Assembly (NCBI RefSeq): GCF_009914755.1
Contig: NC_060933.1
Length of the DNA: 64,000 nucleotides
DNA from: the human T2T-CHM13v2.0 reference genome, Homo sapiens
Strand: one strand, 5' to 3'
Below are positions 13,661 to 24,900 of this stretch, in pieces. The notes beneath the pieces are model-generated. The model did not search any database and was not told the origin of the DNA. It saw only the letters and a list, made by a program, of their open reading frames with translations. A program made the position numbers and the translations under genes. How positions within the stretch are numbered: position 1 is the stretch's first letter; each line of letters opens with the position of its first letter.

Positions 13661-15459
13661 CCTTCCTACATATGGAAGATTAGAAAACAAAACACTGAAA
13701 GAGGAATTATCCCTTTCCACATCAACTAATTACGTCACATAGAGGGGTTTACATGTAAACCTTCATACTCTACTTTTCCTCTATTTTTGTAATAGCAATT
13801 AACAGAAACTAATACACTTGAGTAAGACTGTTGTTTTTGAGCTTCACTTTCTTCCAGAAAAAACACTTCAGTAATGGTGGGCTTATACTATGGAAGTTAA
13901 GGAAGGAATTGATAACAAAAAATGTATAAGGAATGCCAGACAATTGTTCCAACTTAGGAAGTGACGTTGAACTCTATAGGGAAACACTGGTGCTGCCTTT
14001 TCCAGAAAAATCCGATTATAGTATTTTTTTTAAATAAGGAAAGTTGAGAATACATTTAATATTCCATAAAACTGCTCTGCTTTGATTTTAGAAATAATCA
14101 GAGAAGGAAGGCATCAGTTATTAGATCATTTATTCAAAATATTTTAAACAAATTAAGTGAGCATCAATTACTTTCTTATATATGATGAGTTGTTGAACTA
14201 AAGAGAGGATCTGGATATCAGAGAGATGCACAGCTCTTTGCCCATGAAAAGTTCTTTATTCTAGTTCTTTTAATTTGCTTTACCCCATGAAATTTATTAT
14301 GCCTTCCATGTCAGTATGGTATGGGGTTAACTTTTTAAATTTATATTTAAAGTAATTGAATATTATCTTAGAGCCCCGATATTCGTAAACATTTACCTAA
14401 AAATTTGTTGTTGTCAGTATCTCACAGTCACTAACATTGATCTACTTTTCTTCAAATACATGTTTAAAATGAATTCTCACAGATAAGTAAGGTAAGTAGA
14501 ATTGAAAACAAATTTAGCCAAAGGAAAGAAGATATGTGAAAATATTTACATGAAGTTGCCTGAAATGGTACTGACACGCATTAAAAAATGTGTTATATAA
14601 AAGAAACTTTCCTTATCTCTAGGTGGAATATCCACAATCATTCTAAATGTTTTTTGATAAGTTTTGACATTTTGAAATGAAAGTTATTTTAACAAAAACC
14701 ACATTCAAGAAAGATGCTTAAACATTTTAAATGATGCCTAATGTGGTGAATATATTGTTTCTCTTACAGATAGAGATTTTTATCAAATGACATTTTTAGT
14801 ATGTTATGAAAAAATTAATATTAAGAATTATAGTATGAATTAAATGTATGCATTTTAGAGGTAGAGGAGAATAATGAAACACATAGTATGCAAATACATC
14901 CTTCAATTAAATAAAATTGTCATCTTTAATACTTTTATTAACGTCTTACCAAGTTTGTTTCCATTCACTGTAGATGGTTATAACCAAAGAGATAACTGTT
15001 TACGATCTTCTTTGAGTAAAAATCAGAAATGTAAGCATCTATAGAGTAAATTATTTTCAGGAATATATTACTGATCAATGATGGCTATTTTAACTCAAAG
15101 CTCATTTTGAAGGGAAAAAATAACAATGCTTAGCACTTTTATAATGCTTTTTGTCTTCAAATCACTTAATTAATTCTAATCTTTACAACGCCCCTGAGAG
15201 GTGGCAAATTGGCCAGATCTGTTTTTCCCATACTGATATTATTATGTGCATGTATATTAAAATCACAGTATTTTACTTCTTAAAGTAAATTTGTTTGTAG
15301 CTTCAAATAATATAAATCATCTCACATTCATTTAGTTAAAAAAATAATGTTGTAAAATGAAAACAGATTCCAAATCATGTTTGGTAATCCTTTAGGAGAA
15401 ATTCCATACAGACTTTAGCTTTGGATTTTCCCTTTTGTGGAGGGGAGCATATTTGAAGT

Positions 15460-15660
15460 TGTGGAGCATGATGGGTCCAGGACCTCAGGGACCCTAGATT
15501 CTAGCCTTAGTTTTTTTATTAACTACGTGTCTGACCTTGAAACTTATTTTTCTCAGCTACAAGGTAGCGATAATGTTACCTGCCTGGCATTTATCACGGG
15601 GATGTTTGATGGTTCATGCAACAATGTATGTGAAAACATTTTATTACCTTAAAGCATTTT
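15460..15660 (+). mobile_element. MIR SINE
   Basis: gaccctagattctagccttag...aactacgtgtctgaccttg...gtatgtgaaaacatttt. Confidence 0.6.
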
Positions 15661-16895
15661 TCAATATAATTGATATATTTTTATAAATTGAAAGACAACT
15701 AACATGAAATATATTCCTATGGGCAGAAATAAAGATTGTAGGAGATTGCATTTTAGTTTATTGATTCAGCATTTTACAAATGTATTTATTGAGTGTCTAG
15801 TATTACAGAGAGCACACACAGTTGACATATGAAGAGCATGTATGGAGTGAATGAGTTGTATATGGTGAAGCTTGATAAGATGTAGATATTCATTATGAGT
15901 CCATTGTGGCTGGCATATCCCAGAATTTTTCTTAATTTTTTCATTCAAAGAAGAAAGCATGGGACTGATACTCCCTCTGAATGGATGATCTTATTTATTA
16001 ATGGGGAGAAATATATGGGTCTCATCATTTTCATCATGTTTAACTGTAACAAGTTAAAATTCATCAAAATAAAGATTTCAGAGTATAGTGTTGTGCAGTG
16101 ATATATGTAGTATCACTTCAGTACCTCTGTCCACTGGCATGAGCCCCTTCCATTTTCACTTGAAAGGTACCTTTTGAGAGGTATTGCCTTAGTTAAAAAT
16201 ATTTTGTCCTCTTTAGAGTAGAATGGCTTCTAGCTTAGGCATTTCCATCTTCATTTATCTTTTGGGTTTTCCTCTTTCCTTGTGAATTACTCCTTCTGAG
16301 GCGCCTATATTGGTTATTCCTTATCTGTTAGACATCTAAAATTGAGAAGCTCCAGAACTCATAGTACTCAGGTCCTTTTTCTGTCTACATTGACTACCTT
16401 GGTGCTCGTGGTCATTGCTGTGACTGCAATGCTGTAAACACTCAAATACAATAATCAATTTTATATCTCTTGCATACACTTCTCTCATGATATCCAGAAT
16501 CATGTTTCTAATACTATTCATCATTTCAGCTTGGATACATCTCATATGCGTCTCAGACTTAAGAGGTTTAAGTAATATTCCTGACTCTCTCCTGTGTTCA
16601 CTCCATTCCTCCTACAATTTTCCTCTTTGCAGTCAGTAAATGGCAACTCTACTCTTCCAGTTACTGAAACAAAGGCCCCAGAATTCCTCTTGATTTCTCT
16701 CAGTCACATATGCTCCACATCTCCTATTGGCTCTGTTTTCAAAATATATCCACAATTCAGCCACCTCTCATCACATCAACCAAGCACATCCTGGCTAAAA
16801 CTACTATGTGTTCATCCCAACCCAGCAGTTCCAGACTGTTATTCTTACTTCCACCCTTGCTATTACAGAGATTATTCTCAATATATGATACAGAT

Positions 16896-17072
16896 CTGTG
16901 GTTCTCAAATGTCAGCATGAATCAGAATTACCCAGAAGTTTGTTAAAACAGATTATTGGGCTCTATCCTCAGAGTCTGTGATTCAGTAATTGGGCTACAG
17001 AATTGGCACTTAAAAAAAGTTACTGAGTGATTTGAATGTCAGTGCTCTGGAGACCACCCATTGAGAATTAGT
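16896..17072. mobile_element. MER5A DNA transposon
   Basis: ctgtggttctcaaatgtcagcatgaatcagaattaccc...gaccacccattgagaa. Confidence 0.75.
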
Positions 17073-17079
17073 CATGTAG

Positions 17080-17245
17080 GGCTTCACTACTCATGGTATG
17101 GTCCACTGACCAAACATATCAGCATGACTTGAGCTTTTCGGAAATGTAGAATTTTAGGCTCCACTTCAGACCCACTGAATCAGAATCTGAATACTAACAT
17201 GATTTCCAGGTGATCCTTCTAAACATGACAGTCTCAGAAACACAG
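17080..17245. mobile_element. MER5B-like DNA transposon, apparently opposite orientation to the adjacent MER5A
   Basis: ggtccactgacc...cagacccactgaatcagaatctg...ccaggtgat...agaaacacag. Confidence 0.7.
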
Positions 17246-18139
17246 ATTAAAAAAAGTGTATTCTTCTTTATAGTGAAGAGAAATATTCTTCTTTTACATT
17301 TCAAGTCACATTATTTTCTTCCTTTACTCAAAATAGGTTTCCTTCTCAATCTGGGTAAAACCCTAAATCCTTACCATGGCTTAGAATGTCTTGCATAGCC
17401 TAGGCTTCCTGCAAAACCCTCTGATTTCCCCTCCTACCATTCATCTGCTGATTCTGTTGTCCTACCCCGTTGATCAACTTGCTCTTCCTTGAACTCAACC
17501 ATGTTCTGACTCAGGGCTTTGTCACTGCCTTTTTTCCTCAGTCTAAAATGCTCTTTCCCCAAAAGCCATAGGGTTTATGCTCTCACTTCCTTTGGCTCTG
17601 TTCAGGAGTCATCTTAGCAATGAAGAGCTTTTTTCCCTAAAATATTTGATAACAGTCCCCCTTCCCAACCTGACACTCCGTGTACTTCTTAACCTGCTTT
17701 GATTTTCAGTGTGTAATATATTACCCTCTGAAATACTACATATTTGTTTACTAGCTTATTTTGTTTCTAGAAGACAATTTCTTTTGGCAGAGATATTTCG
17801 ACCTTTTTTTCCCTTTTGTTTGACTCTTTTGTTCACTTTTGTGTGTCCAATGCCTAGAACATTGCTAGCATATAATAGTAGTCAAATATTTGTTGAATTT
17901 ATAAATATGAATGAGTTTTGAAAATCTTTTCTCAAGGTTGGATTTTTAATGGGAAGACATAAGGGTATGCCAGTATGAAAGTATTGAGGAGAAGAATAGA
18001 TGTTATGTATAAGATATATTTCCTGCAGTTTTAAATTCTGTCCTAGGATGATAGACCAAAATGATGAAAATTTGCTAATGTGTTATCTCCTTAAAATAAA
18101 TAACCACAAATGATCTCAGCTGTGACTGTTTTTGGCTAA

Positions 18140-18410
18140 AGAATTTTAAATTAATGGTGATAAGGTCCAACAGTGTATACAGTTGGAAAGGGGTAGCCAG
18201 TGGGAAAATACTGGGATAAGTGTTGGGACTGTTTTTATTTAATGCCTTTGCTAATGATCTGGAAGAAACGGTGAGAATCTCATTAATTAAATTCACTGGT
18301 TTACTAAATTAAGAAGTATCAATGGTACCAAAGAAGAAAAAAAAATACAGAAGGACATAGAGGTGTCAAAGTGGAGATAAATTAATTAGAGTTCCATCTA
18401 TAAAAAAAGA
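18140..18410 (+). mobile_element. L3/CR1 LINE reverse-transcriptase fragment
   Basis: agtgttgggactgtttttatttaatgcctttgctaatgatctggaag...ctcattaattaaattcactggttttactaaatta is a decayed CR1 (G)SVLGPVLFNIFINDLE...LIKFADDTKL coding motif. Confidence 0.7.
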
Positions 18411-19160
18411 ATTCAGATTGAAATATTTAAGACATATTTAAACAGTTCTTTATGCTGTTAATGTTCATTTGATGATGATGTTAGCATTGATAATGTTGAT
18501 GAAGATATTTTCCTTTGATTTCTGACTAATCTGTGTCAAGAGTGGCTCAACTGCTGTCATTTTATGCAAGAACCCATCATGTTGGACACTATGTGTAGTA
18601 AGGGACAAATCTTATTTCCAAACTATAATTAAATCTACATTTACATATGTCCAGTGGTATTAGATAGCGATGGTTCACATGAGGAAGCAAGTGAAGCAAA
18701 TTCTTCCTATGGGAAGGGATTTTGAGGGCAGCATTTACACAATGGGTCAAAGTTAGAAGGAGAGTTGGTTCTGACCTCAAGACAGCTTTCAGGTTATATT
18801 CTGCCCCAGCCTCCATGGATTTATTTCTGAATCCCAGTGTAAATTTTTCACAGTGTTCATTAAATCTGTTAGGTCAAATCTTATATAATCGGCCATAAAT
18901 GGTCAGATATTGGTAATTTCTTGTGGCTGAACTAATGTGCTGTTTGGTATAAGAACTTTGAAGTTGCAAGGTAATAGCTATCCTGCTTCTCCAGGTACTC
19001 ATTTCTACTCACAAGAGACCCTCCCAGCTTCAGTTCAGACATCAGGAACTGCTGGTGAGCAGCAAATGCAGTGCTCATTTCTGCTAAGCATGGAAACTTA
19101 TAGTAAGAGTTAGCAGCTGGAAGAAGACAGAAGGAAAATAAATTTCAAGAAGTGCGCTAA

Positions 19161-19328
19161 GGTTGTGTGTAGTGGCTCATTCCTGTAATCATAGCTACTG
19201 GGGAGACTGAGGCAGGAGGATCACTTGAGCCCGGGATTTCAAGACTGCGGTGAGTTATGATGTTGCCACTGTACTCCAGCCTGGGTGACAAAGTGAGACA
19301 CTATCTCTTAAAACAAAAAGAAAAAAAA
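19161..19328 (+). mobile_element. Free Alu monomer (FRAM/FAM-like)
   Basis: Single ~150-bp monomer with gaggatcacttgagccc and gtgagttatgat, A-rich tail, degenerate TSD aagaagtgcgcta / aaaaagtgtctta. Confidence 0.85.
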
Positions 19329-20101
19329 GTGTCTTAGAAGACTAACTTATAGATTAAAAGACTTAAGGATTCCTTAAAGTATTTAAGTATTAAGTATTTA
19401 AGGATTCCTTAAGTATTTCAGGTAAGTTTTAGTATTGATGATATTTGGGGTCTATTTATAATACTATTTATAATTCTTATTTTCATGTTTATATTTTGCC
19501 CCAGGCTGTTATAAGGTTGAAAATATAGTTATACATAGGAACAAAAGCAAGGCAGAAATAGGGCCTGAAGGACTTCAGAAATTCTGTGATTTGGTTTTAA
19601 TCTGTAATTGCCCTGCTTCTCCTGCCTGGTCTCCTGTAAAATGTATCTATGGCAGCAGGTAATATTCTCAGGCAAAATGCTGCTTAATTCTGAACTATAG
19701 AAAGTTCAGAATTAAGGTGGAAACATAATATTGTTAGTGTTGATGTTATTGTGTACATATATGGGAGCATTTAGGAAAATACACTGTTGGAGCTCTTTTG
19801 GACTAGCATGCTTATAAAACCATGTGTTCTCTATCAGGTGAGCCAGTAAAGCTTTCTGACTCCTAGCATTCTGCAGCCTTAGATGGAATGATGCACAGGA
19901 GAAATGCATGCAAATGTGCACACCAGCATTCCATTTAGAGTGTCCCTGTTTTGTACCACATGTGAGGGACATCAGGCAACACACTATATCACTCTGATTC
20001 TCAGCTACCTAACCTGTAAAATGGCAGAATTGCACCAGATGCTGTGAATTGTGTTTTTTTCCAACCATAATATTCTTTGCACTATATACTGATACTTTTA
20101 G

Positions 20102-20145
20102 TGGAATATTACATGTCCTCTACTGGAATATTATATGTCCTCTAC
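20102..20145. repeat. 22-bp tandem duplication
   Basis: tggaatattacatgtcctctac tggaatattatatgtcctctac (one mismatch). Confidence 0.9.
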
Positions 20146-20296
20146 ATATTTTGATTCAGCAGAGAGTAGTTTTGTAAGTGAAATAATAAAAACTTCAGCT
20201 ACAAATTACTAATAACAATAACTAATAGTGACTATTTAATAATGAGTGGTTACTATGTGCCAGTAGTCATGCTAAGGATTATCATGTATCTTCTGA

Positions 20297-21963
20297 GATT
20301 TCTTTGAGCAGTGTTTAAAGAAATCAGAGAAGACACAAACAAATGGAAAAACATCCCATGGTCATGAATAGAAAGAATCAGTATCATTAAAATGGCTACA
20401 GTGTCCAAAGCAATTTACAGATTCAATGGTGTTCTTATCAAACTACCAATGATATTCTTCACAAAACTAGAAAAAACTACTTTAAAATTCACATGGAACC
20501 AAAAAAAGAGCCTGAAAAGCCAAAGCAGTCCTAAGCATAAAGAACAAAGCTGGAGGCACCACATTACCTGACTTCAAACTATACTACCAGACGACAATAA
20601 CCAAACCAGCATAGTAATGGTACACAAACAGGCACATGGCCCAGAAATAAGGCTTCACATCTATGATCATCTGATCTTCAACAAAGCTGACAAAAAAAGG
20701 AAATGAAGAAAAGACTCCCTATTCAATAAATGGTGCTGGGACAACTAGTCATGTGCAGAATATTGAATCTGAACCCTTTCCTTATACCCTACACAAAAAG
20801 CGATTCAAGATGGATTAAAGAGTTAAATGTAAAACTCCAAACTACAAAAACCCTGGAAGACAACCAAGGCAATACCATCCTGGACATATTAATGGAAATG
20901 AGCAAAAATTTCATGGCAAAGACACCAAAAGCAATCACAGCAAAAGGAAAAATTGACAAGTGAGATCAAATTAAACTTAAGAGCTTCTGCACAGCAAAAG
21001 AAACTATCAACAGAGTACACAGACAACATAAAGAATGGTAGAAAACTTTTGCAAACTATGCATCTGACAAAGGTTTTATGTCCAGCATCTATATGAAACT
21101 TAAACAAATTTACAAGAGAAAAACAACTCCACTAAAAAGTGGGCAAAGGACATGAACAGACACACTTCTCAAAAGAAGACATGTATGCGGCCAACAAGCA
21201 AATAAAAAAAGCTCGATGTCACTCATTAGAGAAATGCAAATCAAAACCACAATGAGATACCATCACACACCAGTCAGAATGGCTATTTTTAAGAAGTCCA
21301 AAAATAACATGTTGGCGAGGTTGTAGAAAAAACAGAATTCTTATTCACTGTTGATGGGAGCATAAATTAGTTCAACCATTGTGGAAAGCAGTATGGTGAT
21401 TCCTCAAAGAGCTAAAAACAGAACTGCTTTCAACCCAGCAATCCCATTACTGGATATATATCCAGAGGAATAGAAATCATTTTACTATAAAGACACATTC
21501 ATGTGAATGTTCATTGCAGTATTATTCACAAAAGTGAAGACATGGAATTAACTTAAATGCCCATCAATGACAGATTAGGTAAAGAAAATGTGGTACATAC
21601 ACACCATGGAAAACTAGGCAGCCATAAAAAAGAATGAGATCCTGTATTTTGTGGGAACATGGATGGAGCTAGAGGCCACTATCCTTTGCAAACTAATGCA
21701 GGAATAGAAAACCAAATACCACATGTTCTCACTTACAAGTGGGAGCTAAATGATAAGAACTTAGGAAAACAAAAAAGGAAACAGACACTGGGGTCGACTT
21801 GAAGGGGGAGGGGTGGCGGAGGGAGTGGAACAGAAAAGATAACTATTGGGTACTGGGCTTAATACCTGTATAATAATCTGTACAACAAACACCTGTGCCA
21901 CATATTTACCTGTGAAATAAACCTTCACATTTACCCCCAAGCCTAAAATAAAAGTTAAAAAAA
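20297..21963 (+). mobile_element. 5'-truncated L1 (L1PA12/L1PA13-like), inserted into a MIR
   Basis: ORF2 C-terminal homology (aaagaaatcagagaagacacaaacaaatggaaaaacatccc...); 3'UTR agaaaagataactattgggtactgggcttaatacctg...cctaaaataaaagttaaaa; MIR-like sequence on both flanks (about 20220-20290 and 21965-22100). Confidence 0.9.
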
Positions 21964-24900
21964 GTTTATGAATTGTTTGATTTAAACCTTAAATATTGTT
22001 AGGGTTCATTCACTTCTCTTAATAAATTGTAGAGAACATGGTCGTGAAGATCATGGCTGGGAGGGTTAGAATTAGAACTCAGAGCTCCCGAGTCCTTTTG
22101 AAATTTTTATCATTACCCTGCCTGATGACAAACACTGCCTTTTTCTGCCATAGAGAGATGCGTTCCTACCTGTCTTATAATGGAAAATGCAATGAAGAAA
22201 ACAGAAATAAGGAAGAAATGTAATTGCAATACATAATTACAGGCTGTGATTTTTAAATACATATTCATAAATTGAAGCAGTAAGGTAAGATGGCTTTTCT
22301 TCTTGCACAACCAGAAAGATGCCATCAACACAATCCACTTTATCTTTTTCTATACATCAAATAAAGAAATAGAAGGTAGATTAACTTTATCAAGATCCCC
22401 TATTGCTAGTCTATCTAAAAACACTGTCTAAAAGGTCAGTTATAGCGCTATCTCCCTGACTTTCCATCGTGCTTAATTTTATGATGAACACCTAAGAGAA
22501 GTATGATATATTAAAGCACTTTCTCCATTCTTTAAAACATCAAAACACAGTGTTTGGACCATTGATTTTTATCCAAGTGTCCTCTCCTTAGTATTTCAGA
22601 AGCTTTATTCAAAAAAAGTAATTGGTAGTTGCAGCCTCTTTATTCTCACAGCTGCCAAATTTCTCTAATCTGGAGTAGATAGTCAACCATCCTTAACAGG
22701 TGATTCATAGCAAGGCAAAAAGTGCTATTGGACACCTGGAGAGTGAAGTTAAGTGCAATGTATTGAGCAGCTGAGAACATTTCTTGACAGATTTTGTTTT
22801 AGGTAAAAATGTGAGGCATTTTCTTTTAGAGATTTCTGAAAACATATATTGTAAGGGAAAGAAAATCCATATGGTATTGATTTATTTAAATGTTTCAAAA
22901 ATTAGATATTGGGAAAGCCTCTTGTATTTATATTTTTCTTAGAGAGGGAACATTTTATTTCACCAAGAATAAAAAGAAAAAAAAAGCCTGAAATTCATGT
23001 TTAGTTCCAAATTTAAAGTCGGAATTGACATGGTTTTAAAAACATGACCAAACAAAAATAAGTTTGTAGTTTCAAAGAATAATGTACGCTTTAGAATGAA
23101 GCAGGCAAGCTGTTTCTCTGGAAGACTCCTTATTCCCTTAGTCAAAACAGAGCAGCAAACAAATAAACAGTAGTAGCACCAAATGGTAGTTGGGTATAAA
23201 ACTCTACTGAATTTACAGCTTCAGTGATACAAGACTGGATATCAATTCATGGTTTCTTTTTCCTTATATGCAACAAAACAAAAGAACTCTTAACAGGAGT
23301 AATGAATCGTCTGGGCTGTAATTGCTATCCTGTTGGTAAGTGTTACTTGCTTACAATGCTTCAGTGTTAGCTGGAATTAGGTTGTACTCTGTAGCCTACT
23401 AATCCATACTTATTACTAAACAGAGGAGAAAGGGGGCTATTACCACCTTCCAGAGGTGTTTTTAAAAAGCATCTTTACCCTGGATGCACATCTGAAGTGT
23501 TAACCTGGTTTTACCCAGTTTTGAATAATTTTTGTAACTACTAAAAATACAAATGCTTAAGTCTCACAATATGAGGTATAGGGTTATCTTATATAAATAA
23601 TATTTAGGGATTTGTTATACATCTCAGATATGGCACTGAGAATTTAGAAACACTGATTTTTTCTCATTAGACTTCTTTATCTTTATTACCTTGACCTTTG
23701 CTCTCAAAACTTTTCTAATCAAAACCTGTTAATTTTTTTAATCCCCAGCTTTATCGAGGTTTAATTGACAAAATAGATACATTCAACATGTGCAGTGTGA
23801 TGATTTGGTATATGTATACATTGTAAATTATCACAAATTAATTGGTATATTCATCACCTCACATAGATGCCATTTTTTTGTGTGTGTGCATGCAAGTGTA
23901 ATAAGGAATGATCTTCCTAGCAATATGACAGTATTATTATAGTCACCATGCTGTATATTAGATCCTCAGAAGTATTCATCTCATAAGTGAAAGTTTTTAT
24001 GTACCCTTTAACCAATATCTCTTCATTTCCCCTACTCTAGGCCACTGGCAGCCATTGTTCTACTTTCTGCTTCTATGAGTTTTACTTTTTTAGATTCCAC
24101 ATATAAGTGAGATTTTACAGTATTCATCTTTCTGTATCTGGCTTACTTCACTAAAAATAATGTCCTCTAGGTTCATCCATGTTGTCTTAAATGGACTTTC
24201 TTCTTTTTAATGGCTTAATAATATTCTATTGTGTATACACATGTATACACACATCACATTTTCTTTATTCAGCTATTGATGGACTTAGATTATTTCTATA
24301 TCTTGATTATTATACATAATCCTGCAGTGAATATGGGAATGCTGACATCTCTTCAAAATACTGATTTTACTTCTTTTGTATATGCATATAGAAGTGGAAA
24401 TGCTGGATCATATGGTAGTTCTATTTTTAATTTTTTGAGGAACCTTCACACTTCATGCCCTTCATACTTCATACCCTTCATAAGCACCAAGAGTGTGCAA
24501 GGATTCCCTCTTCTCCACATACCCACCAACACATATCTCATCTTTTTGATAATAGCCATGCCAGCAAGTGTGAGTTGATATCTCATTATGGGTTTGATAT
24601 GTTTTTCTCTAATGATTAGTGATGTTGAGCACATTTTCATAAAGTTGTTGGGCATTTTTATGTCTTCTCTGGAAAAATGTCTGTTCAAGTATTGCTCATT
24701 TTTGAAAAATTGGTTTATTAGATATGACGGATAAATATATTATCCCATTACATAGCTTGTCTCTTCACTCTGTTGATTGTTCCATTAGCTGTGTAGAAGG
24801 TTTTCAGTTTGAGGTAATGCCACTTGTCTATTTTTGCATTTGCTGCCTGTGTTTTTTATGTCATATCCAAATAAATATGGCCAAGACCCATGTCAATTAG

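Larger units (their letters stand above)
16230..17920 (+). mobile_element. L2 LINE 3' portion, interrupted by MER5 elements
   Basis: ctcagtaaatggcaactc-like, aaaatatatccacaattcagccacctctc and tgttctgactcagggctttg segments; tail tgcctagaacattgctagcatataatagtagtcaaatatttgttgaat. Confidence 0.8.

Noticed and set aside
23480-23656. Possible MER5-like fossil
   Set aside because: Only terminal-like motifs (ggatgcacat..., agaaacactg) are visible; too degraded to call.
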